DNA from: Euryarchaeota archaeon UBA136
GTDB taxonomy: Archaea > Thermoplasmatota > Poseidoniia > MGIII > CG-Epi1
Assembly (NCBI GenBank): GCA_002506485.1
Contig: DAXQ01000090.1
Span: forward strand, 4,135-50,837
Direction of reading: 5' to 3'
Length of the DNA stretch: 46,703 bases
Each line of letters starts with the position of its first letter. The stretch's first letter is position 1. Both the position numbers and the translations under genes were made by a program. Positions 34,537 through 43,861 of the stretch are shown here, one piece after another. The notes under the pieces were generated by a model. The model ran no database searches and was not told the DNA's origin. It saw only the letters and a list, made by a program, of their open reading frames with translations.

Positions 34537-35150
34537 ATGTTTGAGTCATGGGTGATAGCTGGTGTTTTACTTGGGGCTGTTGAAGGCTTCAAACCCGGAC
34601 CACTTCAGACTTTGGTTATAACTGAGACATTGAAGAGGGATTGGAAGGCAGGCCTCAAGGTTACTCTGGCACCATTAGTGACCGATGGTCCAATAATTCT
34701 TCTCTGTGCCCTAGTTGTGTCCAGTTTGAGTAACTACGGTCAGTTCTTTGCGTTTATTTCTTTCGCCGGTGCGATTTTCCTGCTATATATGGCATATGAG
34801 ACCTTCATAATTGATGAAGTGCAGATCGATGAGGGGAATTCAGGTAATTCAGGTAATTCACCATTCTACAAGGGAATTATCACTAATCTACTAAATCCTA
34901 ATCCCTATGTGTACTGGACACTTATTGGTTCACCGTTTTTGATTAAGGCTTTCGAAGAGGATGTATTCCTGCCTTTTGTGTTTCTTTTTTCCTAACATTC
35001 ATTCTGTGTAAAACTTTCACAGCGATTCTGGTTGGACGCTCTAGAACTTTCTTATCCAGTCGTAATTACTTCTTAATTCTGAAGATTCTTGCATTAATCC
35101 TGGTTGTTTTTGCCTTAATCTTTATTCAGACTGGTTTGTCATATCTCTAA
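34537..35150 (+). pseudogene. LysE/RhtB-family amino-acid exporter interrupted by a 1-nt frameshift (or an assembly error)
   Basis: N-terminal 152 aa carry LysE features (GFKPGPLQTLVITETL). The frame ends at TAA 34993-34995. The missing C-terminal TM region (LTFILCKTFTAILVGRSRTFLSS..ALILVVFALIFIQTGLSYL) continues in the adjacent frame to 35150. The total of 614 nt plus 1 nt gives 205 codons. Confidence 0.7.
34834..34860. repeat. 9-bp tandem repeat x3 (ggRaattca) encoding GNSGNSGNS in a LysE loop
   Basis: gggaattca ggtaattca ggtaattca, read directly from the sequence. Confidence 0.9.
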
Positions 35151-35804
35151 CTACCAGAATTTCCACCAAGGTTTTTGATTCTTCTGTGTTCTTTGTCTCA
35201 TATCCATTGCATAATCATCATCGCCTTCAGACAGGCCTTTGATTATTGCCATATCCATACTGCGGTATGCGATTTTACCTGCTGGATTCATATCCCTTAG
35301 TACTGAGAGTGCATTACTTGGTAGCTCAGCCAGCAGTTCTATTCGTTTTCGGTCAAAATCGATTTGTGCATCTGCACTCATTTTCTGACCTACGGCTTCG
35401 GAGACTAACGATGACAAATCAATATCTCCGTCTTTTTCCTTTTCTCTAAACCATAGAGCAAATCCGGCCAGAAAACAAATCTCATTTTCAATCCATTCTC
35501 CTATAGTCCTGTGTTCTAAATCTCTGGTGATACAGTCATTCTCAGTCCAATAGTCTTTCGCATGATCAGCAAACTTTGTTTCCAGGAGATTGGTAAGAAT
35601 TTCAATTTCCCCCTCCCTGAGTTTGACTTTCTGCGATATGTTCTGGGTAACCCAACTATATTTACAACAGATTTCAAGTTCATCTTCTCCTTTTTTTTCA
35701 AAAAAAGAATCCGCTCCGGGACCAGAGATTAATGAAGCGATATCTTCAACAGACAAACCACTTTTGTTGCTAGCTTCCTCAATAGTTGTACTATCTTCTA
35801 TCAA
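35151..35804 (-). CDS. Hypothetical acidic protein (217 aa)
   Basis: It is the only long ORF in this 650-nt stretch. TTG start 41 nt downstream of the IPK stop, with no ATG option. N-terminus TIEEASNKSGLSVEDIASLI looks HTH-like. C-terminus ends KPWWKFW. Confidence 0.45.
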   Translation of the reverse strand: MIEDSTTIEEASNKSGLSVEDIASLISGPGADSFFEKKGEDELEICCKYSWVTQNISQKVKLREGEIEILTNLLETKFADHAKDYWTENDCITRDLEHRTIGEWIENEICFLAGFALWFREKEKDGDIDLSSLVSEAVGQKMSADAQIDFDRKRIELLAELPSNALSVLRDMNPAGKIAYRSMDMAIIKGLSEGDDDYAMDMRQRTQKNQKPWWKFW

Positions 35805-35845
35805 AGTTAGGAACAGTCTTCCCAGATCCCCATCACCCGGTTCTT

Positions 35846-36628
35846 TCAGGGTATCACCCTGCTGCCATGAAAATCACCACAAATGCAATCCTCCAGATGG
35901 TCTAAATTAGTAATCCAGCATTGGCTGTGTTCGGCAATCCTGGCAGCACACTCCAACTTTCCAACCAGCCCCCCAGTCACATCTGTAATCCGCTCCTCTC
36001 CGCAATATTTCTTTATGGATTCTCTGGTTTCTGAATCTACTAAAGGTATTATTTCCGACTTTTCATCCTCAGGCTTTCCATTCATAACTCCTGGATAGTC
36101 CATTACAAATATCGTGAGTCTGGGTTCATAGATTCTGGCTAATTCCATCATTATCACATCACCACTGAGTATGTTGATTCCTTGAATCAGATCTTCGGTA
36201 ACATCACCAAAAGTTATAGGTATTATTCCTTCTTTGAGTGACTTGTCAAATTCACTGATTGGAAAGTTTTCTATTTCTCTTGAGCCCTTTGTCTTCATTG
36301 ATTGTGAGGGAATGACTGATTTGGTCTTTATTCCAGATTCTTGAAGTCTTCCACAGAGGAGTTGGTTCAATTCATGAACTTGTTTCCTAGTCTCCTTTAT
36401 AGCTTTTTTTTGTTCCTGACTACCGTCTAATCCTTCAGCAAGAGCGTATCTTTTGGCAATAGGATGTCCATAGGATCCAGCTCCATGGACTATAATCAGG
36501 TTTCTTTCTTTATCCTTTAAAATATTGCAGATTCTGTCAAGCGCCTTATGGTTAACTTTAGGTATCTCACTTTTCTTATCGGTAATCACTGAACCTCCAA
36601 ACTTCAGGATAACGATATCTTCCGGCAT
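35846..36628 (-). CDS. ipk: Isopentenyl phosphate kinase (amino-acid-kinase fold)
   Basis: ILKFGGSVITDK, IIVHGAGSYGHP, and DVTGGLVGKLE are colinear with the M. jannaschii IPK motifs LKLGGS, LVHGGGAFGHP and DVTGGM. Confidence 0.85.
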   Translation of the reverse strand: MPEDIVILKFGGSVITDKKSEIPKVNHKALDRICNILKDKERNLIIVHGAGSYGHPIAKRYALAEGLDGSQEQKKAIKETRKQVHELNQLLCGRLQESGIKTKSVIPSQSMKTKGSREIENFPISEFDKSLKEGIIPITFGDVTEDLIQGINILSGDVIMMELARIYEPRLTIFVMDYPGVMNGKPEDEKSEIIPLVDSETRESIKKYCGEERITDVTGGLVGKLECAARIAEHSQCWITNLDHLEDCICGDFHGSRVIP

Positions 36629-36703
36629 TGATACTCTGAGGTCTATAGCTGACCAGTCAAAAAGATGCAGTACCTTGCTAAATAGTGCGTTCTTTGCCGC
36701 CGT

Positions 36704-37825
36704 GTGCAGAATAAGATTCGCCTTGCTTTGTTTGGTGCATTGTTTTACAATATAACTCAGGGTTTGGCTTTTACCCTAGTCAGATTGCAAGCTGAGGCGT
36801 TAGGAGATTTTAGGACTCTGGGTCTGGTTGTTGGATTACCCAATTTTGCCCTGGTCGCAGGTTCTACATTCTGGGGTGTTATTGCTGACCGTTGGAAAAA
36901 TAGAAGGGCGGTGGTAGTTCTTTGTTCAATTCTTTCAGCAGTTTTGTACATTCCTTTGCCCTGGTTGGGACCCATGGGACTCGTTACAGTCCGGACTATC
37001 CAATCCTTCTTTTTGGGAGGTATGGTTCAGATTGCAACATTATTTTCCGAGCTTAATCCAGGTGCTAGAGCGACTTTGATGGGAAAGTTAGAGGCAGCGT
37101 TAGGATTTGGTTGGGGTGCCGGTGCTTTCCTTGGTGGTTTCTTGGTGATATCAAGTGATTATGGTTCTGCACATCCCTCTGTGATTCTTTCGTTCCTGCT
37201 GACCGCATCCATAGGTGTATTTGCAGTAGTAGGATATATGGGAGCCACTGAGCGTTCAGTTTTAAGAATAGATGAAGATTTGGACTTTGCCCCCTATTTC
37301 TGGAAACTTTCACGCCTTTTCATCACTACCTTTATTTTATTCATGGGCTATATGTTCTTCCTCAGTTTTTCACCAGTTTACCTTACGGAGATAACTGGAT
37401 CAACTTACGGAATGGGGGTTATTGTCTTATTGAGTGGTATTGTCCATGCCTTGGTTGCACCTTATGCTGGAAAGTTAGTTGACGCTTACCCTAGGGAGAT
37501 GGCAATCCGAGCGGCATCCGTTTTGGTTTTTGTGTCTATGGTCATTTATTCGGTAACTCAGAATATATATCTGGTCACACTGGCATTTGTGCTTCCCATA
37601 TTCATGACCTACTTCTTGGGAGCACGTTCAATAGTAGCTGATACCGTACCCTATCAATTAAGGGCCAGAACTATGGGTTTATTGACTTCATTTTGTCTTC
37701 TAGGAAGTGGTTTTGGTAGCATTCTAGTTGGTGAATTACTACTCCATTTCGAATATCAGAGTGTTTTTCGTATTGGAGCTGCATTAACTCTTATGGCGGT
37801 AGCAACTGGATGGAAAAGGTTCTAA
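36704..37825 (+). CDS. MFS transporter
   Basis: About 11-12 hydrophobic helices. MFS loop motif GVIADRWKNRRAVVV (D-R-x-G-R-R-like) lies between TM2 and TM3. GTG start. Confidence 0.72.
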   Translation: MQNKIRLALFGALFYNITQGLAFTLVRLQAEALGDFRTLGLVVGLPNFALVAGSTFWGVIADRWKNRRAVVVLCSILSAVLYIPLPWLGPMGLVTVRTIQSFFLGGMVQIATLFSELNPGARATLMGKLEAALGFGWGAGAFLGGFLVISSDYGSAHPSVILSFLLTASIGVFAVVGYMGATERSVLRIDEDLDFAPYFWKLSRLFITTFILFMGYMFFLSFSPVYLTEITGSTYGMGVIVLLSGIVHALVAPYAGKLVDAYPREMAIRAASVLVFVSMVIYSVTQNIYLVTLAFVLPIFMTYFLGARSIVADTVPYQLRARTMGLLTSFCLLGSGFGSILVGELLLHFEYQSVFRIGAALTLMAVATGWKRF

Positions 37826-37829
37826 TCCT

Positions 37830-38936
37830 TTACCAAGATTCTATCAGAATTCCTCTGTCCCTGAGATAATTTAGGACATAGTCATAGAATATATTATTCA
37901 TACCCAGTGTTTCAGGACAAATCACGCCTTTCTCCTTTATTTTATTTTCCAAAACCAATCTGGAGAAGGCGCATGCAGTTAACCCAGTCGTTCGAGCCAT
38001 ACTGGTCGCTCCTTCTGTAAATTCATCGTAAATCGTGTAACTAATCTCGTTTCCTTCACTTGGCACTGCCAGAATTAGCATAAAAGTAAATTCTTCTTCT
38101 CCTTCCTCAAGTTTCCATGATTCGAATAATTCCCCAGATGTTTCTTCTTTTCTGGTTATCTTTTTTCCCTTTACGTTCGCATTCGAAAATTTGCCATCAC
38201 TGATCATTTTTCTTATAAGGTCACAATGTCCAGGGTATCTTATGGTGAATTCCATCAGGTTTGGGACTTCCGATAAACTACCTTTCGAATCTAAGAGTGT
38301 CCGTAATCCATCTGTCAGGAAAGCTTCTAGTTCGCCAATACCCTCTACCTCTAGTCTCAGTTTCTTTGACAAGGCTTCTCTAACTTCAGTTTTCCCGTTT
38401 ATTCTTATTCTGGCCGGTCTGGTGTATTCTTCAATCACATCTATGGGTGAAAAGGGAGCTTTATAATTCCAAGGAGGATTCTTTTTTTTCGGAAGTCCGC
38501 CAACCATCGTTTGGATTTCTTCTATCTTATTGTTTGCTACTATATTACCTATAATGAGATTACTTAGACCGGGTGCAACACCTGCATCAGGTATTACTAG
38601 ACAATTATTTTCGAGCGCAAATTCCGACAGTTCCAGACAATTTTCAGGCATAAATGATATATCTACACAGGATACTTTACACTGAATTATTTTCTTCAAC
38701 ATTTCAAATCCCATGAAACCAGGTAAACAGTTTACTGCCAGATCATAGTTTGCAATAATATCTTCAATTATTCCATTCTTTACATCAAAATTGATTGCAG
38801 AAATACGGTGGTTGCGCTTTTCAATCTGGTTCAAAGTAGATTTGTTGTTGTCAACGACCATGACTTCGAAATCATTGCAAAGTTCCTCGGCAATGAAAGA
38901 GCCTATCATTCCACCGCCAATTACGGCAATTTTCAT
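37830..38936 (-). CDS. Saccharopine dehydrogenase-family NAD(P)-dependent oxidoreductase
   Basis: N-terminal Rossmann MKIAVIGGGMIGSFIA. GVAPGLSN and a C-terminal Sacchrp_dh-like region (GGLP...PWNYK..FSP). Confidence 0.72.
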   Translation of the reverse strand: MKIAVIGGGMIGSFIAEELCNDFEVMVVDNNKSTLNQIEKRNHRISAINFDVKNGIIEDIIANYDLAVNCLPGFMGFEMLKKIIQCKVSCVDISFMPENCLELSEFALENNCLVIPDAGVAPGLSNLIIGNIVANNKIEEIQTMVGGLPKKKNPPWNYKAPFSPIDVIEEYTRPARIRINGKTEVREALSKKLRLEVEGIGELEAFLTDGLRTLLDSKGSLSEVPNLMEFTIRYPGHCDLIRKMISDGKFSNANVKGKKITRKEETSGELFESWKLEEGEEEFTFMLILAVPSEGNEISYTIYDEFTEGATSMARTTGLTACAFSRLVLENKIKEKGVICPETLGMNNIFYDYVLNYLRDRGILIESW

Positions 38937-38948
38937 CGATTATATGAA

Positions 38949-39305
38949 TTAAAGCGCTAGTTTCTTTCGTGAAACTCTAACACTTTTAGGAGTAATAACA
39001 ATCCATTTCTGGCTTACACCAACTAAATCTCCGTCTACATCAGCTACGGCTCTTTCTAATTCTGCTAATATTTTGTGCAACGTTTCTTGGTCTGACGTAA
39101 GCGGTGTAAAATCGATTAAAATTATATTACCATCATGCAATTCAGTTGTTATCTGATTAACTTGTTCAGCCTTGCTTAACATCATTGTATGGACAAGCAT
39201 TGATGCCTTTTCGCCATAGTCTTCAGCTTTATCCGCGCTCCAATTTCTCAAGTCAAAAAACTGTTCATCAGGTATTCGGCGCATCTGTGGAGAGTTGGCT
39301 ACCAT
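38949..39305 (-). CDS. sepF: Cell division protein SepF-like (DUF552)
   Basis: 118 aa. Core LHDGNIILIDFTPL...LERAVADVDGDLVGVSQKWIVITPKSVRV matches the SepF fold pattern (beta-alpha-beta with a 'G.i....l' tail). Confidence 0.72.
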   Translation of the reverse strand: MVANSPQMRRIPDEQFFDLRNWSADKAEDYGEKASMLVHTMMLSKAEQVNQITTELHDGNIILIDFTPLTSDQETLHKILAELERAVADVDGDLVGVSQKWIVITPKSVRVSRKKLAL

Positions 39306-39326
39306 GATTCAATATCCTAGTTGTAG

Positions 39327-42300
39327 TTAATTAGCCTTCCGACGACTAAGGTAAGAGACTATTCCAATCGTGGCAATAATGGTACCAACACTTGGGTAGG
39401 GTATCAATCCACTCTTACTTTCGGATTCAATTTTGATCGATTTTATCAAATTGTTGTTGTCTGTACTTTTTTCTCCGTCTGAAACATATGCAACAACTTC
39501 AAAATCATGTCGACCAGAAGTAGCCTTCCACTGAAAATGGAACTCCTGTTTTTTCGTTGGCTCAATTTCATAAGTCCAGGTACTGACAATTTCAGAATCA
39601 ATTAGAAGTTCAACGCTACCTGATGCAATATAACCATTGTAAATATCAGATTGGTAAGTCTCATTATAGTTATTAAGAACAAAAGTTACGGTTTGTGTTT
39701 TTCCTTTTTCCTTTTTACCGCTGATTTCCAAGGATTCAACGTATATATCTGCCCATCCTAGAACATCAACTGTACTAGAGCCCTCTCTGGAATTGTTTTT
39801 AAGATCCATCAATTTATATTCCAGCACAATCACTCCTGTGTATTCAACCTCAAAGATTATGTTGAAATTTGCTCCTTGATCCTCATACCGGAATTTCCCT
39901 CTCTCATCCCCTTCGATATCGTATACGCTTATCTCAATGTATTCTATTGTGGCTTCACCTTCCACATCGTAAGCTCCCAGATAAACTTCAAAGTCTTCAC
40001 CAACCCTTGGCATTGAGGGATTTGTACTTAGAATCTCAGTAGGCTTGTGATCTGCATAGAATTCTTTCTCAATATAATCTTCTCCAACTGGGTTTTGAGA
40101 TATTTGGAGACCTACTGTATGTATTCCACCATAGTCAACCAGTGTCGTAATTAGCTCACCGTTTCCAGCAAGTGGAGTTCCATCTAGGATCCATTCAAAT
40201 TCAAGTTCCAATCCATTAGAATTCTTGCCGTCAAAGGTTATCCAGTCACCTTCATTGATGGTATCTGTAAATTCAAATTGAGCTTCGGGATGATCGTACA
40301 CGTTTATGTTCAGGGGAAACACAATCGTCCAGAGACCAGTTTCAGTATGTTTTCCAGATACGCTGATAAAGTACTCACCCGCCCTTTCCGAAGAAAAATT
40401 CATCCAATTATCAGTCGTATTCAATCCCCAATCACTACCTATATCATCATAGAACTGCCATGTGTAAATTTCTATCTCACCCCAGTCAGTCGTACAATTG
40501 AGAGTGATTGGTTGGCTGGTTAGAATATTGACTTCTGAGTATTGCAACGACAAAATTGGAACACTCTCGGCATTCAGAATAAATGTCTCAGTTTCTTCTC
40601 CTCCCCTTTCATCAATAACATTCAACTGAATTTCATGTATGCCGATTTGCAGGTAAATTTCAAAGATATTTCCTTGAAAACTATCATCTTCATATTCCCA
40701 ATAGAAAAACAGTTCGTCATTTTCAGTATCATTTGACGCTCTTCCATCGATTATAATGGTTCTATCTGCAGGTACGGTCCATTGGTTATTTCCAGTCTTG
40801 ATTCCCTCGGGAATGATTATATCTGGATCAGGTGGTGAATTATCTACAGTTATTGTCTTGCTTGTGGAGTTAAATCCTCCCTGATCATCATATACTGTTA
40901 AAGTTACAGTATAGATTCCGGGAAGTGCAAAACGGTGTTCTGGGTTCTGGGAATCCGTACTGTCTGAGTCTCCAAAGTCCCATAACCAGGCTTCCACCTC
41001 CCCGTCGTTATCATGGGATTGGTCGGTAAAACCAAAGATTGTTCTTGTGTCACCATTCTCTGGTTCAATAGAGAATTCCACAATCGGCAGCCGGTTTATC
41101 ACTTCTATCAGATAATAAACAGTAGTAATGTCATTTAGATCGTCTATAATCTTTACTGAAACATTGTAAAATCCGGAATTTCTGAATTCATGTTCGGTTG
41201 TTGCCTGATTTGACGTGAAACCATCATCGAAATTCCAGTAGAAGAATTCTACTTCTCCATCAATGTCATAAGAATCAGAAGCATCAAATGTGATTACATC
41301 ACCCAGAAGAATCACGGTTTGGGATATTTCGACCACAGCAATGGGGGGTTTGTTAACAAAAATATTCAATATGACAGAGTCCTCCAGATTATTGTTGTCC
41401 CTTACGGTAAGAATGACATCATAGGTTCCATTTGTTGCAAATATGTGAATTGGATTCTCATCATAGGAAAAGGTTCCGTCACCAAAGTCCCATGTATAAT
41501 TTACAATATTGCCATCTTCATCCCAAGACCCATCGCCGTAAAATTGCAATTCGAAACCTTCGGCTATCACCGCTTCATCCGCGTCAGCAACCGCATGTGG
41601 TTTTGACAAGAAGCTGATATCTACAATGATATTGCTCCCATCCATCTCGATATTTTCAATTTTCCATCCCGATTCGGTACCGTTATAAGCCAACGAATTA
41701 GGGTAGGTATCCTTTGTGAATGAGCCAGAAGTGTAGGGATCTCCATCATCACCTCTATTTGTATTATGATCAAGGTCATCGTTGCCATCAGCTTCTTCCA
41801 GATCCACCAACTTATGTTCCTCGTCCCTGTTGTTAGATTCTCTATCATCGATATGCCAAATTAGTAGTCCTTCTCCAGGTAGATATTGGTCATATTTCAT
41901 CTTTTGACGATTCTCTATCAAGAAATATTCCTCTGAGCCAGACCAATTCCCGGGTATTGAGAGCAGATAAACATCTCCTCCGTCCTCTATTGGTTCCAAG
42001 ACTAGATTGTTAACATCATCAGTCATTGGAATTGGGCTTATCCAACCTAACCAATATCTACACCAGGCACTGAAGTAAGCAGGGGTTTCACCATTGTCAG
42101 TCCAAGAGCCAGATGCCATCACTCCCCAATGTCCAATTCCCTCTGAACTTCCATCAGTATCGTACAAATCTGGAAGTCCAAGTTCATGACCGAATTCATG
42201 AACCCAAACACCTAGGGGGCTTCGTTCACCATTGGAGTTTTGATATTCGGGAGCCTGTGTAATTCTCTTTATCTCGTACCCATTGTCCTCTGTTTCAATA

Positions 42301-42746
42301 TTGGTTGTCCAGTGAATAGACCAGATATCATCACTGTTTCCACTCGATTCCTCACCTGGTCCGGAATGTATTACCATCACGGCATCATAGTCTCTGTAAT
42401 CTATGTCATCGTCAGCAATTTCAACACTATCCCTGACGAAATTTTGATTTTCAGGCCCATAGTCCGCAGCATCACCATCTAAGGTATAGGGGCCGAAAAC
42501 ATCACCATCAATGTTCAATACACTTCTGGAAACCTCATCAAAATATTCCCACATGGAATCGGTTTCACCGAATGCCAAGTCCTCGAAATAGTCTTGATCA
42601 TGACCATCCTGATATTCCTGATCCTCAAATTCTGAAAGTATGAATGCAACTTGAACTGTTCCCGTGGAAGGTGCAGCCTCACTGCCTACTGAGAAAATAA
42701 TTCCCAAACTCAATATTCCTAAAACAAATAGGTATATTCGGGACAT
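39327..42746 (-). CDS. Secreted, C-terminally anchored M6 (immune inhibitor A-like) zinc metalloprotease with a PKD-domain array
   Basis: Signal peptide LFVLGILSLGIIFSVGSEA. Zinc motif HEFGHELGLPDLYD (HEFGH at 42186-42200). At least five PKD-like repeats (WDFGDGT, WNFDDGF, WDFGDSDS, WEYEDDS, ...). A CARDB-like module, a C-terminal TM helix and an RRKAN tail. Confidence 0.85.
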   Translation of the reverse strand: MSRIYLFVLGILSLGIIFSVGSEAAPSTGTVQVAFILSEFEDQEYQDGHDQDYFEDLAFGETDSMWEYFDEVSRSVLNIDGDVFGPYTLDGDAADYGPENQNFVRDSVEIADDDIDYRDYDAVMVIHSGPGEESSGNSDDIWSIHWTTNIETEDNGYEIKRITQAPEYQNSNGERSPLGVWVHEFGHELGLPDLYDTDGSSEGIGHWGVMASGSWTDNGETPAYFSAWCRYWLGWISPIPMTDDVNNLVLEPIEDGGDVYLLSIPGNWSGSEEYFLIENRQKMKYDQYLPGEGLLIWHIDDRESNNRDEEHKLVDLEEADGNDDLDHNTNRGDDGDPYTSGSFTKDTYPNSLAYNGTESGWKIENIEMDGSNIIVDISFLSKPHAVADADEAVIAEGFELQFYGDGSWDEDGNIVNYTWDFGDGTFSYDENPIHIFATNGTYDVILTVRDNNNLEDSVILNIFVNKPPIAVVEISQTVILLGDVITFDASDSYDIDGEVEFFYWNFDDGFTSNQATTEHEFRNSGFYNVSVKIIDDLNDITTVYYLIEVINRLPIVEFSIEPENGDTRTIFGFTDQSHDNDGEVEAWLWDFGDSDSTDSQNPEHRFALPGIYTVTLTVYDDQGGFNSTSKTITVDNSPPDPDIIIPEGIKTGNNQWTVPADRTIIIDGRASNDTENDELFFYWEYEDDSFQGNIFEIYLQIGIHEIQLNVIDERGGEETETFILNAESVPILSLQYSEVNILTSQPITLNCTTDWGEIEIYTWQFYDDIGSDWGLNTTDNWMNFSSERAGEYFISVSGKHTETGLWTIVFPLNINVYDHPEAQFEFTDTINEGDWITFDGKNSNGLELEFEWILDGTPLAGNGELITTLVDYGGIHTVGLQISQNPVGEDYIEKEFYADHKPTEILSTNPSMPRVGEDFEVYLGAYDVEGEATIEYIEISVYDIEGDERGKFRYEDQGANFNIIFEVEYTGVIVLEYKLMDLKNNSREGSSTVDVLGWADIYVESLEISGKKEKGKTQTVTFVLNNYNETYQSDIYNGYIASGSVELLIDSEIVSTWTYEIEPTKKQEFHFQWKATSGRHDFEVVAYVSDGEKSTDNNNLIKSIKIESESKSGLIPYPSVGTIIATIGIVSYLSRRKAN

Positions 42747-42767
42747 ATCAAACCAATTATAGTTGGG

Positions 42768-42775
42768 ATATTAAA
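42768..42775 (-). promoter_or_regulatory. TATA-like box (minus strand TTTAATAT) for the M6 protease gene
   Basis: Centre lies about 25 nt upstream of ATG 42746. It sits in the 31-nt gap after the squalene-synthase-like gene stop. Confidence 0.4.
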
Positions 42776-42777
42776 GT

Positions 42778-43794
42778 TCAACCGGAGACAAAACCCAAGG
42801 GGTCTGCCAGTATGTTGTCTCTGGCTTCGTGTGAGATTTTGACTGGTTTCTCACCGAAAAATACTTCTGTATTATTCCTCATTGACTCCAAAGTTGCTAC
42901 ACCCATTGCAAAGTTGACGGCTGCTCCCGCTCGGAAACCGGCATATTCTTCAGGTATAGCGTTAAGGTAAGCCTTAACAGGTTCAATATGCAGACTGGCA
43001 TTATCGATCATAGCGTCCAATAGTTCCATACATTTCTCCTCGTTCTCTGGTTTCAGCAGGTCCGCAGGTACCAAGTTGTATTTTTCAAACAGGAAACCTG
43101 GCCAGAATATTTTTTCATTATCGAGAATATCCTCTCTGAAATCTCGGACAATGTTTACTTTTTGTAAGAATAGGCCAAAGTCTCTTTCATTATCCCTCAA
43201 AATTTGCGAGTTTTCTTCTCCTAAAGCTTTGGATCGCGTTCTTATCAATTCAGTTAGGAAACCGGATGGTGTGCCTGCCACATAGTAGCAATATTCATTC
43301 AGGTCTTCAAACGAATAAACTTCCTGTTTCAGAAACTTCTGCATTCCAAAATTCATTTCCTTTAACCAACGAAGCATGCATTCTTTGGTCCTTTTGTCAA
43401 AGCTACTGTGAACCGTCAAGATTCTTTCCATGTTCTTGACCAGGTCCCGATAGTTAGGATTCAATACCATTTCATCAGCAGATTCTGCTAGTTGCTTGGC
43501 CTTTTCCCTAGCAGATGAACTATCTGGGCTTTCCAGAATCTCCATCATTATATTCATCGAGTTTACTCTTTCTTGAAGACTGATCTCCCTTCTACCTATA
43601 TCATCCTCAAAGGTATCCAGAATCCTTGCCTCTAGATAGCCAACCATTATTGGAGCCAGGATGTTTTCCTCGACTAATGGAATCGTAAGCGCAAAAGAAC
43701 GGGATACGGATTGAAGAGCACCCTTACAATAATCCAAACTATCTTGGAACACCTCTCCAGTTTTGCTTTTGACGGTTCCGTATAGGGATGGCAT
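42778..43794 (-). CDS. Squalene synthase-like farnesyl-diphosphate farnesyltransferase (squalene/phytoene synthase family)
   Basis: SRSFALTIP, Asp-rich LDTFEDD (SQS-type DTxED), YCYYVAGTPSGFL, and LQKVNIVRDFREDI. Confidence 0.78.
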   Translation of the reverse strand: MPSLYGTVKSKTGEVFQDSLDYCKGALQSVSRSFALTIPLVEENILAPIMVGYLEARILDTFEDDIGRREISLQERVNSMNIMMEILESPDSSSAREKAKQLAESADEMVLNPNYRDLVKNMERILTVHSSFDKRTKECMLRWLKEMNFGMQKFLKQEVYSFEDLNEYCYYVAGTPSGFLTELIRTRSKALGEENSQILRDNERDFGLFLQKVNIVRDFREDILDNEKIFWPGFLFEKYNLVPADLLKPENEEKCMELLDAMIDNASLHIEPVKAYLNAIPEEYAGFRAGAAVNFAMGVATLESMRNNTEVFFGEKPVKISHEARDNILADPLGFVSG

Positions 43795-43832
43795 CTTGAC
43801 CTCAGTTTCGGACTCCGTAAGTTGACGAAGCG

Positions 43833-43841
43833 TATATAAAA
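43833..43841 (+). promoter_or_regulatory. TATA box (TATATAAAA) for the HAD phosphatase gene
   Basis: Centre lies 25 nt upstream of ATG 43862, which is leaderless geometry. Confidence 0.5.
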
Positions 43842-43861
43842 GTAGGTTTTCACTATCGATA

